Part shown: positions 51,997 through 62,194 of the stretch, in pieces
Numbering within the stretch: the stretch's first letter is position 1
Layout: every line of letters begins with the position of its first letter
Source: Leptospira sp.
GTDB lineage: Bacteria; Spirochaetota; Leptospiria; Leptospirales; Leptospiraceae
Length of the DNA stretch: 64,000 nt
NCBI GenBank assembly: GCA_034439575.1
Contig: JAWXAQ010000027.1
Location: 1-64,000 of the forward strand
Reading direction: 5' to 3'
Translations under genes and position numbers: made by a program
Notes under the pieces: model-generated
Databases searched by the model: none
Seen by the model: only the letters and a program-made list of their open reading frames with translations
Told to the model about the DNA's origin: nothing

Positions 51997-52967
51997 GTAA
52001 AGTGTTGTTAGTCGGTTCTGGTGGAATGGCGGTCGAGTATTTAAAAGTACTAAAAAGTCTAAATCAGGAAGTCGTTGTCATTGGAAAAAGCATTGAATCC
52101 ATAAAAAAGTTAGGTGAACAATTTGATTATCCTGCTTTTTCAGGTGGCCTGGAAAATTTTAATTTTAATTCTATTGATAATATAGACTACGCAATCAATG
52201 CCGTTTCCGTTGAAGCCCTTTTTTCAACGACTCAGGTTTTGATTGATCAAGGCATCAAAAATATATTAATAGAAAAACCAGGTGCGATGGCAAAATCCGA
52301 AATTGAGATTATGTTAGAGCGTTCTCTTCAAAAGGGCATAAATGTAAGCATAGGTTATAATCGTAGATTTTATCAATCAGTGCAGAAAGCAAAAGAAATG
52401 ATCCAAGAGAATGGTGAGAAAATAAAATCATTTCACTTTGAATTTACAGAATGGGCTCATGTGATTAAAAGTTATAATTTTAGCCAAGATTTATTACAAA
52501 ATTGGTTTATAGCAAATTCAAGTCACTTAATCGACTTAGCTTTTTATCTAGGTGGCAAACCCAAAATAATTCATTCCTTAGTAGGTGGTGGTTTAGATTG
52601 GCATACATCAGGTTCAATATATGTAGGATCTGGAATTTCTGAAATAGGTGCTTTTTTTTCTTACCATTCAAATTGGACTGCGCCAGGAAGATGGTCTCTG
52701 GATGTTCTAACAGATAGTACTCGTTATATCTTCAAACCATTAGAAAAGTTACAAATTCAAAAGAATGGATCAGTGCAAATCGAAGAAGTAAACCAAGATA
52801 ATAATGTTGATATTGATTTTAAGCCAGGAATAAGGGATCAAGTTATTGCTTTCCTTGGTCAAGATAATTCTGTGTTATGCAGACTTGTAGAACAAGCGAG
52901 GCTTTGGGAAATTTATGATAAAATTAAATATGGATCTATCAAAATAGAAAACAGTGAAAACAAATGA
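51993..52967 (+). CDS. Gfo/Idh/MocA-family oxidoreductase
   Basis: GSGGMA, IEKPG, GYNRRF, SHLIDL. Confidence 0.8.
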   Translation: MSKVLLVGSGGMAVEYLKVLKSLNQEVVVIGKSIESIKKLGEQFDYPAFSGGLENFNFNSIDNIDYAINAVSVEALFSTTQVLIDQGIKNILIEKPGAMAKSEIEIMLERSLQKGINVSIGYNRRFYQSVQKAKEMIQENGEKIKSFHFEFTEWAHVIKSYNFSQDLLQNWFIANSSHLIDLAFYLGGKPKIIHSLVGGGLDWHTSGSIYVGSGISEIGAFFSYHSNWTAPGRWSLDVLTDSTRYIFKPLEKLQIQKNGSVQIEEVNQDNNVDIDFKPGIRDQVIAFLGQDNSVLCRLVEQARLWEIYDKIKYGSIKIENSENK

Positions 52968-54196
52968 GTAAAATGATTACAAACTGTAGAATTTGTAAGA
53001 GCAATGAGTTAACACCCATTGCCAATCTAGGTGTCCAAGCCTTCACGGGAATATTCCCTAAATCAAAAGAAGAAGAAGTTCCGAGTGGTAGCCTCGAACT
53101 CGTAAAATGTATGCATTGTGGACTTGTGCAATTGAGACATTCTTTTGATCTGAATTTGTTATATGGTCAGAATTATGGATATAGATCTGGATTGAACCAA
53201 TCAATGATTGCTCATTTACAAGCCACTGTAGAAAAAATTACTGAAATCGTGAACTTATCTAACGGTGATTTGGTTATCGATATAGGAAGTAATGACAGTA
53301 CACTTTTGCAAGCCTACCCCAAAAATCTTGATCTTGTAGGTATCGATCCCACTGGAGTTAAATTTAAAAGTTATTATCCAGACTATATTAGATTGGTTCC
53401 TGACTTTTTCTCGGCAGCTAACGCAAAGTTAGCGATCGGAAATAAAAAAGCAAAGATCATTACTTCTATTGCTATGTTTTACGATTTAGAAGATCCAACA
53501 CAGTTTATGGAAGATATTAGGGATGTTTTGGCAGATGATGGAATTTGGTACTTTGAACAAAGTTATATTCTTTCTATGTTAGATACAAATTCTTACGATA
53601 CCATATGCCATGAACATTTGGAATACTATGCATTAAAGCAGATCAAATGGATGACTGATAAAGTCGGTCTCCGAATTATTTCTGTTACATTAAATAAGGT
53701 AAATGGTGGGAGTTTTTCTATCATGGTTTGCAAAAAAGATGCAAATTATCCGGATAATTCTTCAGTTGTAAACAAAATGTTAGAACAAGAAGAAAAGCGG
53801 GGATTGGATAACCTCCAGATATATTTTGAATTCAACAATAGAATACAAGAATATAGAGATAAGCTAATCCAGTTCTTTAAAACCCAAAAAGATGCAGGAA
53901 AATTAGTAATCGGGTATGGAGCCTCCACAAAAGGAAATGTTATATTGCAATATTGTAATATAACAAGTGATTTGATGCCATACATAGCAGAAGTGAATCA
54001 GGAAAAATTTGGTCGTTTTACGCCTGGAACCAAAATCCCGATCATTTCAGAAGCAGAAGCAAAAAAACTTAATCCGGACTTTCTTTTTGTTTTACCATGG
54101 CATTTTAAAGAAAGTATAATCATCAGGGAACGCGAATACGTGAAAGCAGGCGGGCACCTGGCATTCCCGCTTCCTTATCTAGAGGTTATTTATTAG
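52964..54196 (+). CDS. NDP-hexose C-methyltransferase-like protein
   Basis: CRIC...CMHC zinc motif, DIGSNDS, YDTICHEH, GYGASTKGN, PGTKIPI, LPWHF. Confidence 0.87.
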   Translation: MSKMITNCRICKSNELTPIANLGVQAFTGIFPKSKEEEVPSGSLELVKCMHCGLVQLRHSFDLNLLYGQNYGYRSGLNQSMIAHLQATVEKITEIVNLSNGDLVIDIGSNDSTLLQAYPKNLDLVGIDPTGVKFKSYYPDYIRLVPDFFSAANAKLAIGNKKAKIITSIAMFYDLEDPTQFMEDIRDVLADDGIWYFEQSYILSMLDTNSYDTICHEHLEYYALKQIKWMTDKVGLRIISVTLNKVNGGSFSIMVCKKDANYPDNSSVVNKMLEQEEKRGLDNLQIYFEFNNRIQEYRDKLIQFFKTQKDAGKLVIGYGASTKGNVILQYCNITSDLMPYIAEVNQEKFGRFTPGTKIPIISEAEAKKLNPDFLFVLPWHFKESIIIREREYVKAGGHLAFPLPYLEVIY

Positions 54197-54201
54197 ATCT
54201 T

Positions 54202-55188
54202 ATGAAAGATAAGTATCAAACTATTTTTAGAGAATATTATTCCAAACAAGATTTTGTAGATCGTTTTAAGAAAAATAAATCTAATGCTATAGATGTATGT
54301 ATTCCAATTGTTCATACGAATGAACTTTGGGAAGCTAATCTAATTTCGATTTACCGCGAAATCCCAGTCAATAGGCTTTTGATAAGCGATGGTGGTTGTA
54401 TCGATGATTCAGTTTCAATAGTTAAAAAATTTCCTAGAGTAACCATCCTCGATCATAAGGAGTATAAGACTTTAGGTTATTGTATTAGAAAACTGATTGA
54501 AAACGTAGAGACAGAGTGGTTTGCATATCTTCATTCAGATGTATATTTACCGCCTAATTGGTTTGATACTATGATTGCTCACAAAGGAGAATTTGAATGG
54601 TTTGGTTGTCCTATGCGCCATACCGTCCTTGCAGATTATCCTGGCGAAAATGAAATTCGCCCCTATGCTGGAACGCAAATTGGTAAAAAAGAAGCTTTTT
54701 TACCAAACCTACATACGATTGATGATGATTATGTTTATAGGCAAGAAGATTTTGTTTTTGAAAATGTCGTTTCAAAATCAGGTTTCCGAAATGGCAAAAT
54801 AGAAGATACATTCCATTACCATCAAACAATGTTTAGGCCAAGCAAATGGTTTGATCTAAAAATTAAGAGTGTAAGTTTTGATTTAGTTAAAAAACCCGAA
54901 GAAATAGTTCGAGCCGCAGATATGCAAGTTAGGGGAACGATAAAATACTTAGCACCAAATAAATTTTTAGCATTTTGGATCATACCGAGTTTTGTGGATT
55001 TGATTGAAATGAAACAATTGAATTGGAAAGAATTTCGCCTTTGGGTAAAGGAAACAAATCCTGCATGGTTGCCCTATCTAAGTTATTGGAAAATACGATT
55101 GGTTCATCTCTGGCTCAGTCCGAGTTTAAGAACTAGGTTAAAAAATAGTTTAGCCAAGATATTTTTTAGACAAAAAGTTGTGAATTAG
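54202..55188 (+). CDS. GT2/GT-A-like glycosyltransferase
   Basis: IDVCIP, DGGCIDDS, WFAYLHSDV. Confidence 0.7.
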   Translation: MKDKYQTIFREYYSKQDFVDRFKKNKSNAIDVCIPIVHTNELWEANLISIYREIPVNRLLISDGGCIDDSVSIVKKFPRVTILDHKEYKTLGYCIRKLIENVETEWFAYLHSDVYLPPNWFDTMIAHKGEFEWFGCPMRHTVLADYPGENEIRPYAGTQIGKKEAFLPNLHTIDDDYVYRQEDFVFENVVSKSGFRNGKIEDTFHYHQTMFRPSKWFDLKIKSVSFDLVKKPEEIVRAADMQVRGTIKYLAPNKFLAFWIIPSFVDLIEMKQLNWKEFRLWVKETNPAWLPYLSYWKIRLVHLWLSPSLRTRLKNSLAKIFFRQKVVN

Positions 55189-55219
55189 TATTGGTAATTT
55201 TTGTAAGGACTGAATTGAA

Positions 55220-56632
55220 ATGAGATTGCATGCGACTATGATCCTCCCGTTTTTAAATGCAATTTTAACTTTGTATTTTATAAAAAGCGAAGATTTTGAA
55301 AGTATTGAATTTCTTTATTATATTATAATAATTTTATTTGTTTATTCAATTTTTTCAGTCATTTTCAATTTTTTCAGAAATAAACTCGAAATTTTTTCGA
55401 ATATTGATCTGAGTTTATTTACGAGTTTATTAATATTCTCTTTTTTTGAAATATTATTCATTTTAACTCCGTCTTTATTTCCTTCATCTATTCGAAATTA
55501 TGCTGGAGAATCAATTGCATCCAAAAACAATCAAGGTGTTATAGAATATTTCGATCATACTCCCTACGCCAAGTTTAAACCAAATTCAGTGATTCAATCT
55601 GCAGGTGATTATGGTCCGCCTGAAAAATTTGCATACAGTTGGATGACCGATAGATTTGGATTTAAAAATTTGGAGACAATTGCGAATCAAGAAAATATTT
55701 CCGTTCTTGCAGTAGGCGATAGTTTTACCGAAGGAATGGGGGTCAAAGTAGAAAATACATATCCGAGTATCCTAACAGAGCTTGGAATCCCAACATACAA
55801 TTTGGGTGTACAAGGTAGTGCTCCTATACAATGGATGGGATATCTTGAAATGATTGGTAAAAACTTTAAACCAAAATTGGTCATAGTCGGATATTTACCA
55901 ACTGTATATGAAAGGGAAGGGGTTTTTTTAAATCGGGATGATAAAAACCGAGCTCTTCCTTCTGCCTTAGGTAGAATTTCAAAATTAAATCGAAAACATG
56001 AAATTAGAAATCAAAAGAAATTTTTAATTTCTGGATTAACATTATTTGCAGTATTTAACTTAATTCCCGAAATAAAAGAATTCCTACAACCCATCATCAA
56101 TAAATTTGACACAGATTTATCGGAAGACCCTAGATACATCGATACGAGTAAACTTGTAAAGTCCGATAAAATCAAAATTTCTAAAATGGCTAGGTACATT
56201 AAGGAATTTAAACGAGTGGAACAAAAAGGACTAACGAAAGAAGAGATCGAAGTTAGTCCCGAATGGAAAAGTTTTGAAAAACAAATATTAGAAATTCAAA
56301 AAAAGACAAAAGCAATAGGATCGAATTTTTTACTTCTGACTTTACCACATAGAGATTTAGTATATTATGAAATAGCAACTGGCCTTAATCCTCCCAGTTA
56401 TAATTTTTCAAGTATCGAGATCGAATTGATAAAAGAATTTTCAAAAAGAAATAATATTCTAACATTTGATGTGACTCCTATCTTCGTAAAATACTCCAAT
56501 GGTCTCAGAGAAGATACACCATTAGATGAATATCCTTATTTGGAAATTGATGGTCATTTAAATGCTAGAGGGAATCGGTTGCTTGCCGAATCAATAAAAA
56601 CATTTATTGTTAATTCGAAACTATTGAGATAA
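55220..56632 (+). CDS. Membrane-anchored SGNH/GDSL protein (acetyltransferase or esterase)
   Basis: N-terminal TM helices, GDSFTEG, NLGV, DGHLNARGN. Confidence 0.8.
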   Translation: MRLHATMILPFLNAILTLYFIKSEDFESIEFLYYIIIILFVYSIFSVIFNFFRNKLEIFSNIDLSLFTSLLIFSFFEILFILTPSLFPSSIRNYAGESIASKNNQGVIEYFDHTPYAKFKPNSVIQSAGDYGPPEKFAYSWMTDRFGFKNLETIANQENISVLAVGDSFTEGMGVKVENTYPSILTELGIPTYNLGVQGSAPIQWMGYLEMIGKNFKPKLVIVGYLPTVYEREGVFLNRDDKNRALPSALGRISKLNRKHEIRNQKKFLISGLTLFAVFNLIPEIKEFLQPIINKFDTDLSEDPRYIDTSKLVKSDKIKISKMARYIKEFKRVEQKGLTKEEIEVSPEWKSFEKQILEIQKKTKAIGSNFLLLTLPHRDLVYYEIATGLNPPSYNFSSIEIELIKEFSKRNNILTFDVTPIFVKYSNGLREDTPLDEYPYLEIDGHLNARGNRLLAESIKTFIVNSKLLR

Positions 56633-56665
56633 TTTTTCTTCGAATCAAAAATCAAATTCCTAAAA

Positions 56666-57931
56666 ATGAAATATGCTGATATTGTATTAAATTCCTGGAG
56701 AAGTTTTGACCAATTTCTTGCAAAAATAAAAAATTCAGAGAAAGAATTTCTATACTTTGTAAGAAATTTGTATGTAGCTAACATTGAGTTAGAAAGTAGG
56801 TCAAAATGGATAGATGGACCCCTCCATTTTTTGCATATTTGTTTTTCTATTTTTAATTTATTTCTTAGGGAGCCATCATTATCGGAACATCATAATATAC
56901 TTATACTTGAAATTAATCATAACCAGGATAAATATTTAAGTGAAAGAACTGGAATTCCATTAGGGAAAATTAATTGGAAATTAAAGAGAAATTTTACCAT
57001 TATAGGTGATCTTAAAATATTTTATGAATGGATCAAATATTGTTATCAATTAGTATTTAAATCTGGTTTACAGTTTTTTCCATGTTATAAAACTTTTGGC
57101 TTTCTTTTAAATGGTTTAATCGTATATTCTAAAATAAATTTAGAAGGTATAGAAAAGATTATTACACAAAGAGATCGTTATCCAGAAGAAATCGGAATTT
57201 TAAAAAAAGCTAAAGAAGCAAAGATAACTACTGCTAAGTTTGATAATTTTCTATCCTTAGGTTCGGTTAATCATAACAGCATATACTGTGACTATTATTT
57301 GTATCCGAATCAAATCAATGCCAATCATTTCCGAAAGTATCCCCAAAATGAAACTGTCAAATTTATTGAGGTAGGATTTCCTTTTTGGGATGATATGGCA
57401 AAGTACCATTGGAATCCGAAAAAAGATGTAAAGATCATTACTTTTTTTAGTCAATACGGTTTTGATTTAGGCATATTTGGAGAGAAGGGACCTTTATACT
57501 ATATTGAAGAATTAATAAGTGTTATGGATGATAGTTTTATTCTTTTTATCAAAAAACATCCATTAGAGAAGGAATCCTCCTTCAAAAATCTTATTTCTGA
57601 ACGTATTAAAATTTTAAAACCAGGTGAATTTGAGAATGGAGAACTGTTTTCGATGTCTACATTTGTTTTTTCACTCGCTTCCCAAGCTTTGATCGAATCC
57701 AAACATATCAACCCACAATCCGCATATATAAATTATTTTCCTGAAGAAAGTTTGGATTGGGACTATCGTCTGTTAAATGATAAATTGGATTTGCTTCAAA
57801 GCAGAAAAGAATTGGAATATTTTCTATATGAAAAGAAAGATTTTGTCACTAGTCAAGATTTCATTTCCTCATTTAACCCGACTTATCCACATTCAATGGA
57901 AAAAATCAGTAAAGTGATTCGAGAAATTTAA
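56666..57931 (+). CDS. Hypothetical GT-B-like protein, candidate nonulosonate transferase
   Basis: VGFP, FFSQ, IKKHPLE, SQALIES; immediately upstream of neuC. Confidence 0.5.
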   Translation: MKYADIVLNSWRSFDQFLAKIKNSEKEFLYFVRNLYVANIELESRSKWIDGPLHFLHICFSIFNLFLREPSLSEHHNILILEINHNQDKYLSERTGIPLGKINWKLKRNFTIIGDLKIFYEWIKYCYQLVFKSGLQFFPCYKTFGFLLNGLIVYSKINLEGIEKIITQRDRYPEEIGILKKAKEAKITTAKFDNFLSLGSVNHNSIYCDYYLYPNQINANHFRKYPQNETVKFIEVGFPFWDDMAKYHWNPKKDVKIITFFSQYGFDLGIFGEKGPLYYIEELISVMDDSFILFIKKHPLEKESSFKNLISERIKILKPGEFENGELFSMSTFVFSLASQALIESKHINPQSAYINYFPEESLDWDYRLLNDKLDLLQSRKELEYFLYEKKDFVTSQDFISSFNPTYPHSMEKISKVIREI

Positions 57932-57950
57932 ATATGGTAAAAAAGTTTAA

Positions 57951-59099
57951 ATGAGAATTTGTGTTATCACTGGAAGTCGGGCAGAATATGGACTTTTATT
58001 CCCATTGATGAAAGCTCTGAGCGTGGATTCATTTTTTGAGTTACAAATTATTGTGACAGGAATGCATTTATCTCATGAATTTGGAAATACATACAAAGAA
58101 ATTGAAAAAGACGGATTTTATATTAATAAAAAAATAGAAATATTACTCTCTTCTGATACTTCAGTCGGAATCGCAAAAACAATGGGCCTTGCAATGATTA
58201 GTGCGGCCGAATGTCTCGATGATTTAAAACCAGATTTAGTTGTTATCTTAGGTGATCGCTATGAAAGCTTTGCCATAGCAAGTGTTTGTGTAGTTTCACG
58301 AATTCCCATAGCTCATCTCCATGGTGGTGAGGCGACAGAAGGTTTAATTGATGATCCTTTTCGTCATTCAATCACAAAGATGTCTCATTTGCATTTTTGT
58401 GCTTTGGATGAATATCGAAATCGCATCATACAGTTAGGTGAGAACCCAGAGACCGTTTTTACTGTGGGCGCATTGGGATTGGACAATATTTTAAATTTCA
58501 AATTGTTATCCAAGGAAGAAATTGAAAAAAAATATGATTTCAAATTTCTTGAAAAAAATCTATTAGTTACGTTTCATCCAGTTACTCTCGAAAATTCGAC
58601 AGCCAGTTTTCAATTCACTCAGCTTTTAAATGCGATTGATAAGTTACAAGATACCTTCGTAATTTTTACAAAACCAAATTCAGATACAGACGGCAGAGTC
58701 ATCATATCTCTAATAGATGATTATGTAAAAGAAAACCCAAGGAAATCTATCGGTTTTCAATCAATGGGCCAATTAAATTATTTAAGTACTTTGCAATTCG
58801 TTGATATGGCAGTTGGAAATTCATCTAGCGGTTTATTGGAAGTTCCATCTTTTAGAAAAGGTACTGTTAATATTGGGGATAGACAAAATGGTAGATTTAA
58901 ACCAAAAACTGTTTTGGATTGTGCACCATCAGAAGAAGAAATTTTTAATTCCATCCAAAAAGTGTATTCGAATGAATTTCAAACTATGTTATCTACCTTC
59001 GTAAGTCCATTAGGTGATGGCAAAGCTGCAGCGAAAATTGTAAATTTCATTAAGAATTCAAAAATTAATTTAAAGAAAAAATTTCACAATATTTTATGA
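57951..59099 (+). CDS. neuC: Hydrolysing NDP-sugar 2-epimerase (NeuC/LegG-type)
   Basis: TGSRAEYG, TGMHLS, LGDRYE, HLHGGE, FHPVT, GNSSSG, IGDRQ. Confidence 0.93.
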   Translation: MRICVITGSRAEYGLLFPLMKALSVDSFFELQIIVTGMHLSHEFGNTYKEIEKDGFYINKKIEILLSSDTSVGIAKTMGLAMISAAECLDDLKPDLVVILGDRYESFAIASVCVVSRIPIAHLHGGEATEGLIDDPFRHSITKMSHLHFCALDEYRNRIIQLGENPETVFTVGALGLDNILNFKLLSKEEIEKKYDFKFLEKNLLVTFHPVTLENSTASFQFTQLLNAIDKLQDTFVIFTKPNSDTDGRVIISLIDDYVKENPRKSIGFQSMGQLNYLSTLQFVDMAVGNSSSGLLEVPSFRKGTVNIGDRQNGRFKPKTVLDCAPSEEEIFNSIQKVYSNEFQTMLSTFVSPLGDGKAAAKIVNFIKNSKINLKKKFHNIL

Positions 59100-59974
59100 G
59101 AATACTATTTATTGGATCAGTCCAATTCTCCGAATCTGCTTTACTCAAATTGATACAATTAAAGGCAGAAATAGTCGGAATCATTTCTAAAGAAAAGGCA
59201 GGTATCAATAGCGATTATGTCGATTTATCTAAGTTAGCTGGCGAAATTCCATTTATGTATACAGAAAATATAAATGATGAGAGGACAGTTTCTTGGGTGA
59301 AAGGTATCAAACCAGATATAATTTTTTGTTTTGGTTGGTCATCACTGATTAAAAATGAAATATTGAAAATACCTCGTATGGGAATAGTAGGGTTTCATCC
59401 AGCCGAATTACCTTTCAATAGAGGAAGACATCCCATCATTTGGGCATTGGCTCTCGGATTAGAAAATACAGCTTCTACTTTTTTCTTCATGGACGAAGGT
59501 GCTGATAGTGGTGATATTCTAAGTCAAAAGAAGATACTTATTGATTATAAAGACGATGCGGAATCGCTTTATAAAAAAATTACAGAGACTGCTTTAAATC
59601 AAATCAATGACTTTTTACCAAAATTACAAACAAACACATATAATAAAATATCACAAGATCATCGTTTAGCAAATACTTGGCGGAAAAGAGGTAAAATAGA
59701 TGGAAAAATTGATTTTCGGATGTCATCCTATTCAATTTATAATTTAGTAAGAGCACTCACCAAACCGTACGTTGGTGCTCACATAGAATATTTAGGAAAA
59801 GAATTTAAAATTTGGAAAGTTTCTGAAATTTCATTCCATCAAAAGAATGTGGAACCTGGTAAAATCATCGAAATTTTGGATGGAAAAGTGATTGTTAAAA
59901 CTGGGGACACAGCAATTCAAATTGAAGACCATCAAATTCTTGAAACTTTAGAAATAGGTAATTATTTATTATGA
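59096..59974 (+). CDS. Fmt-like sugar N-formyltransferase
   Basis: FGWS, GFHPAELPFNRGRHP, DEGADSGDI, LVRALTKPYVGA C-terminal domain. Confidence 0.85.
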   Translation: MRILFIGSVQFSESALLKLIQLKAEIVGIISKEKAGINSDYVDLSKLAGEIPFMYTENINDERTVSWVKGIKPDIIFCFGWSSLIKNEILKIPRMGIVGFHPAELPFNRGRHPIIWALALGLENTASTFFFMDEGADSGDILSQKKILIDYKDDAESLYKKITETALNQINDFLPKLQTNTYNKISQDHRLANTWRKRGKIDGKIDFRMSSYSIYNLVRALTKPYVGAHIEYLGKEFKIWKVSEISFHQKNVEPGKIIEILDGKVIVKTGDTAIQIEDHQILETLEIGNYLL

Positions 59975-60648
59975 CTTCACTTCTCGTTGTATCTCCCCAC
60001 CCAGATGATGAAACTTTAGGTGCTGGTGGTCTTATTTTAAAAACGAAACAGATGGGGTTTCCAACTTACTGGCTAAACATTACAAACATGAGTCTTAGTT
60101 ATGGTTGGGAGCAAGATAGAATCGATCAAAGAAAGACCGAAATTGAAAAAGTAATATCTAGTTACCAAGTAGATAAGTATCTAAGTTTAGATCTAGAACC
60201 TGTCGGTCTTGATAAATATCCTCGATCCGAAATAGTTTTAAAAATTTCCACTGTGTTTAATCAACTTAAACCTGAAATGATTGTCATTCCTTGGAAGTCA
60301 GATCCGCATTCGGATCATAATGTTGTCTATGAGTCTGTCATCTCAGCATCTAAGAGTTTTCGTTATCCTTTTATTAAAAAAATTCTCGCAATGGAGATTC
60401 TTTCCGAGACAAATTTTAGTGACTTTGACGATTTTTCACCTAACTACTTTGTGGACATAACAGGTTTCTTAGATAAAAAAATTCAAATCATGAATATATA
60501 TAAATCTGAAATGGGAAATCATCCATTTCCAAGAAGCGATGAAGCTCTCAGGTCATTGGCTGTGCTTCGGGGTAGCCAAGCGGGTGTTGTACATGCTGAA
60601 GCCTTTAGAGTCATAAAGATTATAGATAAACAAAATCAAAAAATATGA
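59971..60648 (+). CDS. PIG-L/LmbE-family de-N-acetylase
   Basis: SPHPDDETLG, DPHSDH, VDIT, AEAF. Confidence 0.9.
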   Translation: MTSLLVVSPHPDDETLGAGGLILKTKQMGFPTYWLNITNMSLSYGWEQDRIDQRKTEIEKVISSYQVDKYLSLDLEPVGLDKYPRSEIVLKISTVFNQLKPEMIVIPWKSDPHSDHNVVYESVISASKSFRYPFIKKILAMEILSETNFSDFDDFSPNYFVDITGFLDKKIQIMNIYKSEMGNHPFPRSDEALRSLAVLRGSQAGVVHAEAFRVIKIIDKQNQKI

Positions 60649-60664
60649 ATAGAACAATAAATAG

Positions 60665-61522
60665 ATGATACATAGAGTTATTGCAAGACTTGATATTAAA
60701 GGACCAAATTTAGTTAAGGGCATACATTTAGAAGGGCTAAGAGTATTAGGAAGTCCTGAACAATTTGCAAAGTATTATTATGATTCTGGAGCCGATGAGC
60801 TCTTGTATATGGATGTAGTAGCCAGTCTCTACAACAGAAATAGTTTACGTGAAATCATTACGCGAACTGCCAAAGAGATATTTATTCCGCTTACAGTTGG
60901 TGGCGGTCTTCGGAGTCTCGAAGATATAAATGATGTTTTGCGAGCAGGTGCGGATAAAATTTGTATTAACACAGCTGCTATCAAAAATCCAGAAATAATC
61001 AAACAAGCATCAAGAAAATTTGGGTCTTCGACTATTGTCGTTGCGATAGAAGCCATTCAACAACCTGACGGGAGTTATTTGGCTTACACTGATAATGGAA
61101 GAGAGCATACAGGTGTCGATGTATTTGAATGGGCCAGGAAAGTAGAAGCTCTTGGCGCTGGAGAAATTTTAATTACTTCGGTCGACAAGGAAGGAACAGG
61201 AAGTGGATTTGAAATCAACTTAATAAATGAAGTTTGTAATCAAGTTTCTATTCCTGTCATTGCTCATGGTGGTTGTGGAAAAAAAGAGCATTTATTAAAT
61301 TTGTTTCAAGAAACAAAGGCTTCTGCAGCATCTATATCCAGTATATTGCATTATTCTTATATAGATAAACATAGCAATACATTTGTAGGTGGAGAGGAAG
61401 GGAACATCGATTTTTTGAAAAGCGGAAGATTATTTAAAAATATCGATAAAACCTACATCAGCGAAATAAAACAATATTTGAACCAAAATAATATCGAATG
61501 TCGGATTGATTATGATGAGTAA
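60665..61522 (+). CDS. HisF-like protein (WbuZ-type, LPS-associated)
   Basis: [38 protein letters not shown]. Confidence 0.88.
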   Translation: MIHRVIARLDIKGPNLVKGIHLEGLRVLGSPEQFAKYYYDSGADELLYMDVVASLYNRNSLREIITRTAKEIFIPLTVGGGLRSLEDINDVLRAGADKICINTAAIKNPEIIKQASRKFGSSTIVVAIEAIQQPDGSYLAYTDNGREHTGVDVFEWARKVEALGAGEILITSVDKEGTGSGFEINLINEVCNQVSIPVIAHGGCGKKEHLLNLFQETKASAASISSILHYSYIDKHSNTFVGGEEGNIDFLKSGRLFKNIDKTYISEIKQYLNQNNIECRIDYDE

Positions 61523-62192
61523 TAATACTTCTAATGTAGTCATTGTTGATTACGATATGGGAAATTTATTTAGTGTGCAGCACGCATGTAAGAAAGTCGG
61601 GCTTGAACATACCGTATCTTCAGACCCGGAAAAAATTTCCAATGCCGAGGCGATTATATTACCGGGTGTAGGTGCATTTGGTGACGCTATGGTTCATCTT
61701 AAAAAATTGGACTTGATATCACCTATCCTTGATTTTGTGGCAACAGGTCGACCATTGATGGGAATTTGTCTTGGTATGCAGCTACTTTTTAGTGAGAGTG
61801 AAGAATTTGGTTCCACCAAAGGTTTGGATATTATTTCAGGAAATGTATTAAAATTTCCCAAAATATCACCTACAGGAAAAACATTAGCAATTCCTCAAAT
61901 TAATTGGAATTCCATACAAAAACCTAAATCAAGAAAAGACTCATGGAATGATTCTCCTTTAAGAGAGAATTCCGAGAAAGACTTTATGTATTTTATACAT
62001 TCATTCTATGTGAGTCCGCAAAATGTTAGTGATGTGATCGCTTTTACCGACTACGAAGGATTTGAATATTGTTCAGCGATACAAAGGAATAATGTATTCG
62101 CAGTTCAATTTCATCCAGAAAAGAGCGGAGAAAAAGGTATACGAATTTATAGTTCATTTAGAGATATGATTCTTAAAAGGAAGAAGGCATAA
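61506..62192 (+). CDS. HisH-like glutaminase subunit (WbuY-type); start probably ATG 61512 or 61515
   Basis: DYDMGN, LPGVGAF, GICLGMQ, QFHPEKSG. Confidence 0.9.
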   Translation: MIMMSNNTSNVVIVDYDMGNLFSVQHACKKVGLEHTVSSDPEKISNAEAIILPGVGAFGDAMVHLKKLDLISPILDFVATGRPLMGICLGMQLLFSESEEFGSTKGLDIISGNVLKFPKISPTGKTLAIPQINWNSIQKPKSRKDSWNDSPLRENSEKDFMYFIHSFYVSPQNVSDVIAFTDYEGFEYCSAIQRNNVFAVQFHPEKSGEKGIRIYSSFRDMILKRKKA

Positions 62193-62194
62193 AT

